The notes under the pieces were generated by a model. That model saw only the letters and a program-made list of their open reading frames with translations. It had not been told where the DNA came from and did no database searches. DNA of 64,000 nucleotides, from assembly GCA_041661505.1 (NCBI GenBank), contig JBAZUF010000001.1:113576-177575 (forward strand). The letters run 5' to 3'. How positions within the stretch are numbered: position 1 is the stretch's first letter; the number at the start of each line of letters is the position of its first letter. The position numbers and the translations under genes were made by a program. Of the stretch, positions 52,266-60,617 are shown in pieces. Source of the stretch: Patescibacteria group bacterium. Lineage in GTDB: Bacteria; Patescibacteriota; Patescibacteriia; Patescibacteriales; JBAZCA01.

Positions 52266-52597
52266 GGCTTTTTAATTCTCTTTAGTACCGCGTCCTGGTA
52301 AAGACGAAACGCTTTTCGTTTTTCTTTCGGATAAATATATGGCGATCCTAAAATCTCTCCGCATTTTTTGCATTTTAGCGCTGAAACATCTTTTATATTC
52401 AAAGCTTGCAAACCGGTTAGATGGCCGGGAGAAAAAATCCGGTCAAAATATAAACGCTTCAAATTTCCCGGCCCGTCTTTTTGATAAACTAGAATCTGGC
52501 TCTCGCACTTCCGGCAGAGGACATCTAAAAGCCGCGAATGTCCGCCGCGGGCCGATTTATATTTATCCTTTTTAAGCGCTAAGCTTGGCTTTTTCAT
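52262..52597 (-). CDS. zinc-ribbon hypothetical protein
   Basis: 111 aa, basic, with CRKC...CKKC pairs ~60 residues apart. 4-nt overlap with the downstream hydrolase gene. Confidence 0.5.
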   Translation of the reverse strand: MKKPSLALKKDKYKSARGGHSRLLDVLCRKCESQILVYQKDGPGNLKRLYFDRIFSPGHLTGLQALNIKDVSALKCKKCGEILGSPYIYPKEKRKAFRLYQDAVLKRIKKP

Positions 52598-52606
52598 ATA
52601 TCTAAA

Positions 52607-53014
52607 TTAATCCCTAACTACATACCTAAACTCCTTAACCTCTTCCTCAAATTCTACTTCCTCAAATGGAACCGGAATAATTTCTTTTGATTTTTCAATT
52701 TTAAAATATCTGATCGGCTTGCTAAGCTCTTTGGCGATTTTTATTTCGGCAAGGACTCCGTTAGAGATCGGACCGAATACCCAAATTTCATCAGCTCTTT
52801 TCACCAGGTTATTATTTCCTTCGCGCACTAAGTCCCGGTCAACCGTGTCTAATAAAAAATATTCGGATATCATGAACGGATTTAACGGCACGCCATGCTG
52901 TTCAAAAACATATTTAGAAATATGCATCCTAAAATAAAATAAATGCTTTGACATGGCCGTGAAAATCAAATTCTTGTCATTCGTCAATTTTAGAGCGTTA
53001 TGCGTGAAAGACAT
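52607..53014 (-). CDS. hypothetical protein, possibly nucleoside 2-deoxyribosyltransferase-like fold (DUF4406-like)
   Basis: The C-terminal half ADEIWVFGPISNGVLAEIKIAKELSKPIRYF resembles that family's conserved strand-helix. The assignment is tentative. Confidence 0.35.
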   Translation of the reverse strand: MSFTHNALKLTNDKNLIFTAMSKHLFYFRMHISKYVFEQHGVPLNPFMISEYFLLDTVDRDLVREGNNNLVKRADEIWVFGPISNGVLAEIKIAKELSKPIRYFKIEKSKEIIPVPFEEVEFEEEVKEFRYVVRD

Positions 53015-53192
53015 ATTGAGATATTATATTTTTATTATTCCATTATATTGGCAGTGCCTTTTGCGCCAAATTCCTTAAACGCCTCGTAATACATTTTTCT
53101 GCTTTTTTCACTCTTTTGTCAATATAATCGTAAAAAATTGTAAAAAATTAGCTAGTTTCACGATTACAGGGAGCCGTGTATATTTTGTTCCA

Positions 53193-53762
53193 TCATTTTT
53201 TAACCAAATATATTACTACAAAATAACCCTTATTACTGGGAAGATCTTTTAAGTAGGTGTCCAGCCCGTACAATTCGGCGCAGACGATCGAAGAAATGGC
53301 CAAAGAATTATTCGGATATTTTCCTTCGCTTAAATTTTTTGCCGCCAGGCCGGTATCGGCTTCTTTAACCAAATTTAATTTAGGAAATTCTTTTTTTAAA
53401 AAGGCGGCATGCTCTTTTAAAGCCTGGGGATGGGAGTAAATATTGACGGTCTTATTTTTGTCAATTTCCGATACTGACAAAAGCGCATGGTCCAGTTGAA
53501 GTTTTTCTTCGCCGACTTTTTCATAATTATATTTTTTTATGGCCGCCTGCGTTTCATCAACCAGCCCGGCCCGGGATTCCCAGGCAAAAGTCCCAAAGTC
53601 GACTTCCCCGCCATCCAAAGCTTTTAAGACATTTTCTGTTGAAATCAAATATTTGATTTCGTAATTTTTCCAGCCATGCTTCTCGGCAAAAATTTTGGCC
53701 GCCCGTTCATTGGTACTACCGCTTTCACCTTGTATTCCGATTACTATTTTTCTGTTTGTCAT
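53193..53762 (-). CDS. prephenate-dehydratase-fold (PDT domain) protein without ACT domain and without the TRF catalytic motif
   Basis: GIQGESGSTNERAA, VDFGTFAWESRAGLVDET, IYSHPQALKEHAAFL and ELYGL follow PDT order, but NKGYF replaces NxTRF and the protein ends there. ATG 53762 is preferred. Confidence 0.65.
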   Translation of the reverse strand: MTNRKIVIGIQGESGSTNERAAKIFAEKHGWKNYEIKYLISTENVLKALDGGEVDFGTFAWESRAGLVDETQAAIKKYNYEKVGEEKLQLDHALLSVSEIDKNKTVNIYSHPQALKEHAAFLKKEFPKLNLVKEADTGLAAKNLSEGKYPNNSLAISSIVCAELYGLDTYLKDLPSNKGYFVVIYLVKK

Positions 53763-53775
53763 TTTTTTTACTCTT

Positions 53776-54834
53776 CTAGGAGTTAGCGATATAGGAAGTG
53801 GCTTTGCCTTTCCCAACCGCCTTAATCATTTTTATTTTTTTCAATTTTTGCAGATGCAACTGGGCCGTCCGCCGCGGGCAGGAAAAAATATCTTCTATGT
53901 CTTTTACGGTGATTCGTCCGACTTGATCCAAAAAATCTATGATTTTTAGCTGTTCGGGCGTAAGATATATTTGCCCATTAACTTTTCCCTCGGCCTTACG
54001 GGTGGATAACGCCAATATTTTATCCCTTACCTCATAAATTTCTTTTTTAAACCCTTTGACGAAGTACTCCAGCCAAGAAGTAATATCCGTGCGCCGCTCG
54101 TCATAAGTTTTTCCTACATTGATGGCCTTGTAATACGCCTTCCTATCAGTATTGTAATAATCTTCTAAAGCGAACAAGCGCCGAAAATCATATCCCCGTT
54201 CGTAAAGTATTAAGGTGGCCAAAGCGCGGGCCGTCCGGCCGTTGCCGTCGTTAAACGGGTGGATAGCCGCGATTTCCAGATGGGCGATCGCGGCAACGAC
54301 CACCGGATTTATTTCTTTCTCTTCGCTGTCTTTTAACCAAACGGCGAAATCAGCCATAAGTTTTGGCACTTGCCCGGCTTCCGGGCCGGTATAAAGAGTT
54401 TCCAGCGGCACGCCGAACCGCCGGCGCACTACATAAATCGGACCGGGCCGATAGCGGCCGGAAAATTCAGAATCCAGGGTTTTATCCGTTACTAATTTAT
54501 GGATTTTTAAAATTACTTTTTCGTTAATCGGCTTTTTTAAGGCCACGACTTTTTCAATATATTTTAAGGCGTTCAAATAATTTTTTACTTCATAAACATC
54601 CCGATCAGGCGCGTCTATTTTTTTCTTGGCGTATAAAGCTTCAACCTGGCCCATGTTCAGGCGGTTGCCTTCTATTTCCGTAGAATGGTAGGTCATACGG
54701 ATTATGGCCTGGCGACGCAAACGTAGTTCTTGTTGGGGGAGTATTTTCGCGCGATCAATTATGCCCTTGGCTTCGGCGATAGCCGTAAGGTCGGACAAAA
54801 TCCTGTTAGTTAGCTTATATTTAGGATTAAACAT
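53776..54834 (-). CDS. Fic-family (AMPylase-type) protein with intramolecular inhibitory helix and C-terminal winged-helix domain
   Basis: Fic motif HPFNDGNGRTARAL. Upstream inhibitory motif STEIEGN, matching (S/T)xxxE(G/N). C-terminal wHTH RITVKDIEDIFSCPRRTAQLHLQKL. Confidence 0.9.
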   Translation of the reverse strand: MFNPKYKLTNRILSDLTAIAEAKGIIDRAKILPQQELRLRRQAIIRMTYHSTEIEGNRLNMGQVEALYAKKKIDAPDRDVYEVKNYLNALKYIEKVVALKKPINEKVILKIHKLVTDKTLDSEFSGRYRPGPIYVVRRRFGVPLETLYTGPEAGQVPKLMADFAVWLKDSEEKEINPVVVAAIAHLEIAAIHPFNDGNGRTARALATLILYERGYDFRRLFALEDYYNTDRKAYYKAINVGKTYDERRTDITSWLEYFVKGFKKEIYEVRDKILALSTRKAEGKVNGQIYLTPEQLKIIDFLDQVGRITVKDIEDIFSCPRRTAQLHLQKLKKIKMIKAVGKGKATSYIANS

Positions 54835-54873
54835 ATTTTTTAGCTTCTATTAACATCATGTCACAAAATAGTG

Positions 54874-54906
54874 ATTCGCGCAAGAATCGCGCAACAATCG
54901 CGCAAT
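54874..54906 (-). repeat. three tandem 11-mers (A/T)ATCGCGCAAN, 40-72 nt upstream of fic; candidate operator
   Basis: ATTCGCGCAAG (54874-84), AATCGCGCAAC (54885-95), AATCGCGCAAT (54896-906). Exact 11-bp periodicity. Confidence 0.6.
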
Positions 54907-54924
54907 AAATAATATGGCAACCGG

Positions 54925-55917
54925 CTAACCCTTTTTACCGGGCCTTATCGAAAACTCACAGCCGCAATAATTCTGGCGGTAAAGTTTTAATTCTTTTGAT
55001 AAAACGCACGATTTCCTAAAGCCGTCATTCTCTTTAAAATCCCGGGCGAGAAACTTTACTTTATGCTTTTTCTCCAGTTCGGCGCCGATGGACATGATGG
55101 CTTTCGCGTCTTTATGAGGACTTATTGTCAGCGTGGAAGTAAAATATTCAAAGCCTAGTTTTTTCGCCGCTCGGGCGGTTTCTTTCAGGCGGGCCTTATA
55201 GCAGACCAGGCACCTTTTTCCGCGTTCTTTTTCTTTTTCCAAACCGCGAACTTTTTTCAGCCAGGCTTTATGCCTATAGGGACTCGTGATTAATTTTAAT
55301 TTCAATTTTTTGGCGATTTTTTTCGCTTCTTCCAGCCTTTTATCATGTTCTTCTTTGGGTGAAATATTGGAATTGGAAAAATACAGGACAACCTGAAATT
55401 CTTTTCCCAGCTCCCGGCTCGTAAAAGCGCCGCAGCCGACACAGCAGATATGCAAAAGCAGTTTAGGCTTTTTCGGCGCGTTTATTTTCCAAAACAGCCA
55501 GACGAAAAAGACAATTCCGATTACGCCCGCGGCCGTATCGAGTAAAGATGAAGTCCGGCCCGGGATATAGATTTGCAGGTATTCGGTAAAAAATGAAAAG
55601 AAAACACTGAAAAAAAACGCCGGATAAACCGCCCACCGCCAGCCTGCCCGCCGAAGAGGCGGGCTTGCCTGCCGACTTGTCTGCCGAAGAGGCGGGTTTA
55701 TTTGCCGCTCGGGCGCCTTGGAAAAATCTTTTTTTATAAAAGCATTAGCAATAAAATAAAAAAGCAGTCCAAACAGCAAAAAATGCACCACCTTATCGCC
55801 GTAGGTGATTTTTTCCACCGCTTCCGGGTAATGCGGCATCGGAAGCGTAACCAACTGGAACACCAATAAAAACCAAGCGAGCGCAATTAAAGATTTTGTT
55901 AATTTATTAATTATCAT
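54925..55917 (-). CDS. queH: fusion protein: N-terminal VanZ-like membrane domain plus C-terminal epoxyqueuosine reductase QueH (DUF208)
   Basis: VanZ: DKVVHFLLFGLLFY and TEYLQIYIPGRTSSLLDTAAGVIG. QueH: LLLHICCVGCG, YFSNSNISP, RCLVCY, YCGCEFS. One continuous 330-codon frame. Confidence 0.8.
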   Translation of the reverse strand: MIINKLTKSLIALAWFLLVFQLVTLPMPHYPEAVEKITYGDKVVHFLLFGLLFYFIANAFIKKDFSKAPERQINPPLRQTSRQASPPLRRAGWRWAVYPAFFFSVFFSFFTEYLQIYIPGRTSSLLDTAAGVIGIVFFVWLFWKINAPKKPKLLLHICCVGCGAFTSRELGKEFQVVLYFSNSNISPKEEHDKRLEEAKKIAKKLKLKLITSPYRHKAWLKKVRGLEKEKERGKRCLVCYKARLKETARAAKKLGFEYFTSTLTISPHKDAKAIMSIGAELEKKHKVKFLARDFKENDGFRKSCVLSKELKLYRQNYCGCEFSIRPGKKG

Positions 55918-55933
55918 TTTTAAATTTATGGCT

Positions 55934-56118
55934 GGGGATATTCAATTTTTATGAGCGAGCTTTTGAAAAATTCAGAATAGAATGGGCAAAAAATTGAGGA
56001 AACAAAATTTCACTGTCTGATACGCCCCCTCGGGGCGGTGAGTTTGAAATTTTGTCCGTAAATTTTTTGTCATTCCTGAATTTTTCAGCTAGCGAGCGAG
56101 TAAGAAATTGAATACCCC
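55934..56118. repeat. 185-nt imperfect palindrome (long hairpin) filling the GT2|vanZ-queH intergenic gap
   Basis: Paired blocks: GGGG(A)TATTCAATTT/AAATTGAATACCCC (ends); TGAAAAATTCAG/CTGAATTTTTCA; CAAAAAATT/AATTTTTTG; ACAAAATTTCA/TGAAATTTTGT; apical CGCCCC-ctc-GGGGCG. Both arms carry a same-sense GAGCGAGC block. Confidence 0.75.
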
Positions 56119-56124
56119 TCCTGC

Positions 56125-57657
56125 CTACCTCTCCTTCGGCGTAACAAAAAACCCCATGTATTTCCCGAGCGCCAAACGCGTTTGAGCTTCCAGGCCCGGA
56201 ATTGAGCCAAAAACAATAATGCTTACCGGCAAGATTATCCATTGAAGGAACATAGTTAAGCTTTTTCCGATGCCGTAATTTTTCGGCCGGCTCGGCAAAA
56301 GCATGGTGGAAACCACGGCTGAAAAAACCAATCCTATCATAGCGACAGTCATCAAGCTTCTGGTAACAAACGGCAAATTGGACGAAATCACCATAGCGTT
56401 AAAACTCTTGCCGCCGAAGAATACCGGCAGCCAGCCGATGACGCCGATGATTAGGGCGTTAGTCGCCCAGGAATGGAAGCCGTAAAGCTGGACAAAAATG
56501 CGGCTTAAATATTTGCCTTTGGGCGCCTTTTTATAATTTTTGATGAAATTGAAAAAAAGATAAGGGACATTCTCTACGCCCCAGCCCCAGCGCCTTTGCT
56601 GGCGGTAAAGCGATTTCATGGTTTGCCAGGGAGTTATGTCCATGGTTACATCCATCGAAAGCGGAAAGTAAAGCGGTTCAACGCGGTAATCGCCGTTGTA
56701 GTAGCAAAACCCGTGCCAAAAAATCCGCGAGTCTTCCGAAACCATGGTCGTTGACCAAAAGCCCATTTCTACCAAAGCCCGCCAGGTCATCGAATGAGAA
56801 GAATAGGTGGCTAATTTTTCCTGCCGCACCTGTTGCATCATCTGCCAAAAAGTATTAGAAGAGGCGGCGACGCGGGCAAAAAAAGGCGCCCGCCAGACAT
56901 TATTATGGTATAAGGGAATCGGCTGATAAGAAGCCCGGTAAGGATCCGGGACGGTTAGAAAAGTCTTGGCCAAACAATAAAAATAACCCGGATGGATTAT
57001 TGTATCAACGTCAAAAACACTCACTAATATTTTATCGTAATTAATTTTCTTCGGGTCAATTATTGCTTCCTTAACTTTTTTCGCCGCGAAAGCCTGATTG
57101 GCGCCTTTGCCTTTTAATTCGCCCGGAGTGTCCGGATGATAAGTAATTAAAAAATCGCCGAAATATTTTGAAAATTCCTCTTGGATGATGCCGGCTTTTA
57201 AAACTCCGGCTTCTCCCTCCCTTTCTTCAACCGCCAAAACTACTATCATCTTCTCGGCCGGATAGCCTTCGTCCTTTATCGCTTGTATAGTTGGCCGGAT
57301 AACTTCCGCCGACTCCATATAAGTCGGCAAAATTACCAGATGGTAAATCTCTTCCCAGCCCGGAAGTTTTCGGCAGGCTTCTTTCCAGTCTACTTTTAGA
57401 TTGGCTTTCATTTTTTTATAAGAGGCAAAAAGATGAATGCCGAGATAAACAACGAGCAATAACCAATAGACGTCAAAAGCGATAATGAAATAGGCGACCC
57501 AAATCGGCTTTATGAACGAAAAAACCACTAGAATCACCAAAGTTCCCCAAGAAAAAATCCCCGGCACCATTTCAAGCGCCCGGTATAACTTTTTGTCAGA
57601 TCCGGACAAGTCCGTTGCCTTGCCCACTTTTAGATAATCAATTTTTTTCACTGGCAT
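56125..57657 (-). CDS. membrane-embedded processive family 2 glycosyltransferase (cellulose/chitin/hyaluronan-synthase-like)
   Basis: N- and C-terminal TM bundles. VLAVEERE, VFDVDT (DxD) and QQRRWGWG (the Q(Q/R)xRW processivity motif). Confidence 0.82.
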   Translation of the reverse strand: MPVKKIDYLKVGKATDLSGSDKKLYRALEMVPGIFSWGTLVILVVFSFIKPIWVAYFIIAFDVYWLLLVVYLGIHLFASYKKMKANLKVDWKEACRKLPGWEEIYHLVILPTYMESAEVIRPTIQAIKDEGYPAEKMIVVLAVEEREGEAGVLKAGIIQEEFSKYFGDFLITYHPDTPGELKGKGANQAFAAKKVKEAIIDPKKINYDKILVSVFDVDTIIHPGYFYCLAKTFLTVPDPYRASYQPIPLYHNNVWRAPFFARVAASSNTFWQMMQQVRQEKLATYSSHSMTWRALVEMGFWSTTMVSEDSRIFWHGFCYYNGDYRVEPLYFPLSMDVTMDITPWQTMKSLYRQQRRWGWGVENVPYLFFNFIKNYKKAPKGKYLSRIFVQLYGFHSWATNALIIGVIGWLPVFFGGKSFNAMVISSNLPFVTRSLMTVAMIGLVFSAVVSTMLLPSRPKNYGIGKSLTMFLQWIILPVSIIVFGSIPGLEAQTRLALGKYMGFFVTPKER

Positions 57658-57752
57658 GTTTAATGGCCATCCAGCGGCTTTCAGATAACGCTCATGCCGA
57701 TATTATCGCGATGGCTAAAATTAGTCAATAAAATGCCCTTTTTATGGAGAAA

Positions 57753-58499
57753 TTATTCACGAACGGCTACTTTTGCCTGGCGCAGGCGGTAAAGCTTTAA
57801 GGGATACTTTAAGAGGTATTTTAAATAAAAAAAACTGAAAGTCCGGACCAGGCTCCGTAAACGCTTAGGCCGGGTGCAATTAATATAATTTCCATTCCGG
57901 ATGGCGCAAAGGACCGCGGCCGAATTTTTTTCTTCGGCGTCGATCATTAAGTAATCAGTGTCAAAATATTTTAAATAATGCATATCGGCCGTCGCGATGA
58001 AGGGCAGGTCGTGGTCGCGGGCGATTTTTTCCACCTTCTTGTTGCGGTTCATTCCAACCGTATAAAACCAGCTGTGCTCAATGGCATCAAACATATTAAT
58101 GAATTTCCTAAGCCGCTTCCGGCCCATTGAGGCAAGAAAGTTAAAGTTTGGGTGGGGCGCGATAATAAAAATTTCCGGGTTCTCTTTTTTATACCGGGCC
58201 AGTTCGGTAAAGCTTTTTACGTTCTCGACTGACGGGCCGCAGTTTAAAACTAAGACGTGGTTTTGGCGGAAAAAAAATTTCATCGCCAGCTCAATCCCCG
58301 GAATTAAAACTATCCCTTTTGACCGGGCATACTGGCCGTGTTCTTCCCGGTAAACGAACTTGCGGTGGCCGGTTAAAGCCAGCACCTCAAATCCGAGCTC
58401 TGACGCGCGGTCTATCAGCTCGAAAATATCATAGCTTATAGCGTGACCGTCGGAAAAATCTTCTTTGGTATGGATATGGAGGCTCGATTTTAACTGCAT
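57753..58499 (-). CDS. PHP-domain metal-dependent phosphoesterase
   Basis: LHIHTKEDFSDGH N-terminal His cluster, LTGHRKF and later His/Asp residues in PHP order. Confidence 0.7.
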   Translation of the reverse strand: MQLKSSLHIHTKEDFSDGHAISYDIFELIDRASELGFEVLALTGHRKFVYREEHGQYARSKGIVLIPGIELAMKFFFRQNHVLVLNCGPSVENVKSFTELARYKKENPEIFIIAPHPNFNFLASMGRKRLRKFINMFDAIEHSWFYTVGMNRNKKVEKIARDHDLPFIATADMHYLKYFDTDYLMIDAEEKNSAAVLCAIRNGNYINCTRPKRLRSLVRTFSFFYLKYLLKYPLKLYRLRQAKVAVRE

Positions 58500-58507
58500 A
58501 GTTTGTT

Positions 58508-60502
58508 TTAGTCGAATTTAATCGTTTCACCGGCTTTTATTTTCTTTTCTTCTTTCGGATTATTTCCTTCCCTGGGTTTAGAGCTTGCGGCGGCTTCGGG
58601 TTCGGCTTTTTTCAGGTGACCAAACTTTATGGGCGCGATATTCTTTAAATCGCTTAAGGTAATTTCTTTCCAACTCTCGCCTTCGGTTCCGGCAAACCTC
58701 AAGCCGCTAACCGGCGGTTTTTCTTTTGGCGCAGGGGCTTCAGTCCCGCTAACCTCTTCCAGCCGGGCAAGTTCCAGAAGTTTTTTCTTCCTTCGCTCCT
58801 CGACTTCTTCATTTTTCTCCTTCTTTATCACTGTAAGGCATTCTTTGCAAAATACCGGCCGGATCCCGTCAGGAGGAAATGAAATTTTAGTATCTTTGCC
58901 GCAACGGGAACAAGCCGCGTTGTATTTGTAAATCTCTTTATTATCCTCCCTAAATCCCGCCGAAGACTCTTGGCGGCTGTTTTGCTCATCCTTCTTAGGC
59001 AATAAAGCAATTTCTTTCGCCCGGATGCCGTTTGATTCCCTTGCTTCTCTTATCGGGGTCTTGGCCTTTTTTTCATCGCGCCCGTTCCTTGGGCTATTTG
59101 AGCCGGCCGAATTTTTTTGTCCCCGGGCGGAAGAAAACCCTTTCGGCTTTGAAGAGGATCTTGGCGCCGGCCCTTCTTCTTTTTTTTCGTCAAACGCGTG
59201 CCAGCGGAAAATCTTCTCTTCAACTTCGTTTTTTTTCTTGGAATACCGCTCCCGGGAAACCTTGATTACCTTCCCGGTGCTTTGGGTGCGCAGTATTTCC
59301 TTTAAGGGAGGCAGTCCGCGGGCCGAAAACGGGTCTGAAGAAACCCCGTCAATCATCAACTTAAGATACATTTCATATTTTGGCAAATTAACCAGATCTT
59401 CTTCAGTAAAAGTCGGAGTAAATTCTTTAACCAGCTCTTCAGCGTCCGTGGCCCCGACCCGGAATACGGCTAATGTGCCGACGTTGCCGAAAACCGCCGC
59501 CTTAACCATATCTCCCAGCTGTTCGATATATTGGTGGCCCATGATCAGATTTAAATGATATTTCCGGGCTTCGGACAAAATGTTGGCAAAGCTGTCAGTG
59601 GCAAAATTTTGGAACTCATCGACATAAAGGTAAAAATCCTTCCGATCGGCCTCGGGAACGTCAACCCGGCTCATGGCCGCGAGCTGGATTTTGGTAATCA
59701 TCATGCTCCCTAAAAGCGCCGAATTATCTTCGCCAATCCTGCCTTTTGACAAATTAAGGATTAAAATTTTTCCTTCATCCATAACTTTGCGGACATCAAT
59801 CGAGGACTTAACCTGGCCGATAATATTTCTTATTAGCGAGCTCGACAAAAATTGACCGACTTTGTTTTGGATCGGCGATACGGCCTCTGAAGCGAACTTG
59901 TCGGCGTAACCGGCAAATTCCTTGACCCAAAAAGTTTTTACCACCGGATCCTGGATTTTGTCGATGACTTTTTTCCTAAAATCTTTATCCGAAAGCATCC
60001 GGGTTACGGCGAGTAGCGTCGACCCGGGATAATCCAAAACCGCGAGTATGGTATTCCTTAAAATGTATTCCAATCTCGGCCCCCAGGAATCGGCCCAAAG
60101 TTTTTGAAAAACGCCGATCAACCCCGAGGCGACCAAGTGCCGAAGGTGCGGCTCTACCCGCTCCAAAACGTTAAACGCGATCGGGAATTCCATGTCCGCC
60201 GGATTAAAATAAATGACGTCATTAATCCGTTCAGCCGGCACAAAGTCAATAACCTTTTCCGCCAAATCGCCGTGCGGATCAACAACCGCCACTCCCCGCC
60301 CGGCCAGGATGTCGCCGATAATCATATTTTCCAAAAGCGTCGATTTTCCCATGCCGGTTTTTCCGATGACGTACATGTGCCGCCGCCGGTCGTCCAGCTT
60401 AATCCCAAAAGTCTGGTTTTTGTTCCGGAAAGTGGTAATGCCAAAAAGAGTGATATCGCTATCCTTGGCGGATTTTTCATTGTTAAATTTATCCATGTCC
60501 AT
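58508..60502 (-). CDS. VirD4/TraD/TraG-like (T4SS coupling-protein-type) P-loop ATPase lacking TM segments, with a long K/E/R-rich tail that contains a CxxC...CxxC zinc ribbon
   Basis: Walker A IGKTGMGKST. AAA_10/TraG-D_C-type Walker B and sensor FYLYVDEFQNFAT...NLIMGHQY. Tail zinc ribbon CSRCGKDTKISFPPDGIRPVFCKEC (nt 58835-58912). Confidence 0.75.
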   Translation of the reverse strand: MDMDKFNNEKSAKDSDITLFGITTFRNKNQTFGIKLDDRRRHMYVIGKTGMGKSTLLENMIIGDILAGRGVAVVDPHGDLAEKVIDFVPAERINDVIYFNPADMEFPIAFNVLERVEPHLRHLVASGLIGVFQKLWADSWGPRLEYILRNTILAVLDYPGSTLLAVTRMLSDKDFRKKVIDKIQDPVVKTFWVKEFAGYADKFASEAVSPIQNKVGQFLSSSLIRNIIGQVKSSIDVRKVMDEGKILILNLSKGRIGEDNSALLGSMMITKIQLAAMSRVDVPEADRKDFYLYVDEFQNFATDSFANILSEARKYHLNLIMGHQYIEQLGDMVKAAVFGNVGTLAVFRVGATDAEELVKEFTPTFTEEDLVNLPKYEMYLKLMIDGVSSDPFSARGLPPLKEILRTQSTGKVIKVSRERYSKKKNEVEEKIFRWHAFDEKKEEGPAPRSSSKPKGFSSARGQKNSAGSNSPRNGRDEKKAKTPIREARESNGIRAKEIALLPKKDEQNSRQESSAGFREDNKEIYKYNAACSRCGKDTKISFPPDGIRPVFCKECLTVIKKEKNEEVEERRKKKLLELARLEEVSGTEAPAPKEKPPVSGLRFAGTEGESWKEITLSDLKNIAPIKFGHLKKAEPEAAASSKPREGNNPKEEKKIKAGETIKFD

Positions 60503-60617
60503 ATCAAGTGCCGTATTTATAGAACTATTATTGAAGCCTTTTTTACTCGCGTATTAATTTTACGCTTTACTTTACAATATTATTCATTATAATCACTTTT
60601 AATTAAAGAAAACAAAG

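Noticed and set aside
55949-56242. A listed 97-aa minus-strand ORF spanning the GT2 3' end and the intergenic region.
   Set aside because: It overlaps the GT2 coding end in another frame, and most of it is the 185-nt palindrome. There is no RBS and the composition is atypical. The region is better explained as a non-coding hairpin element.
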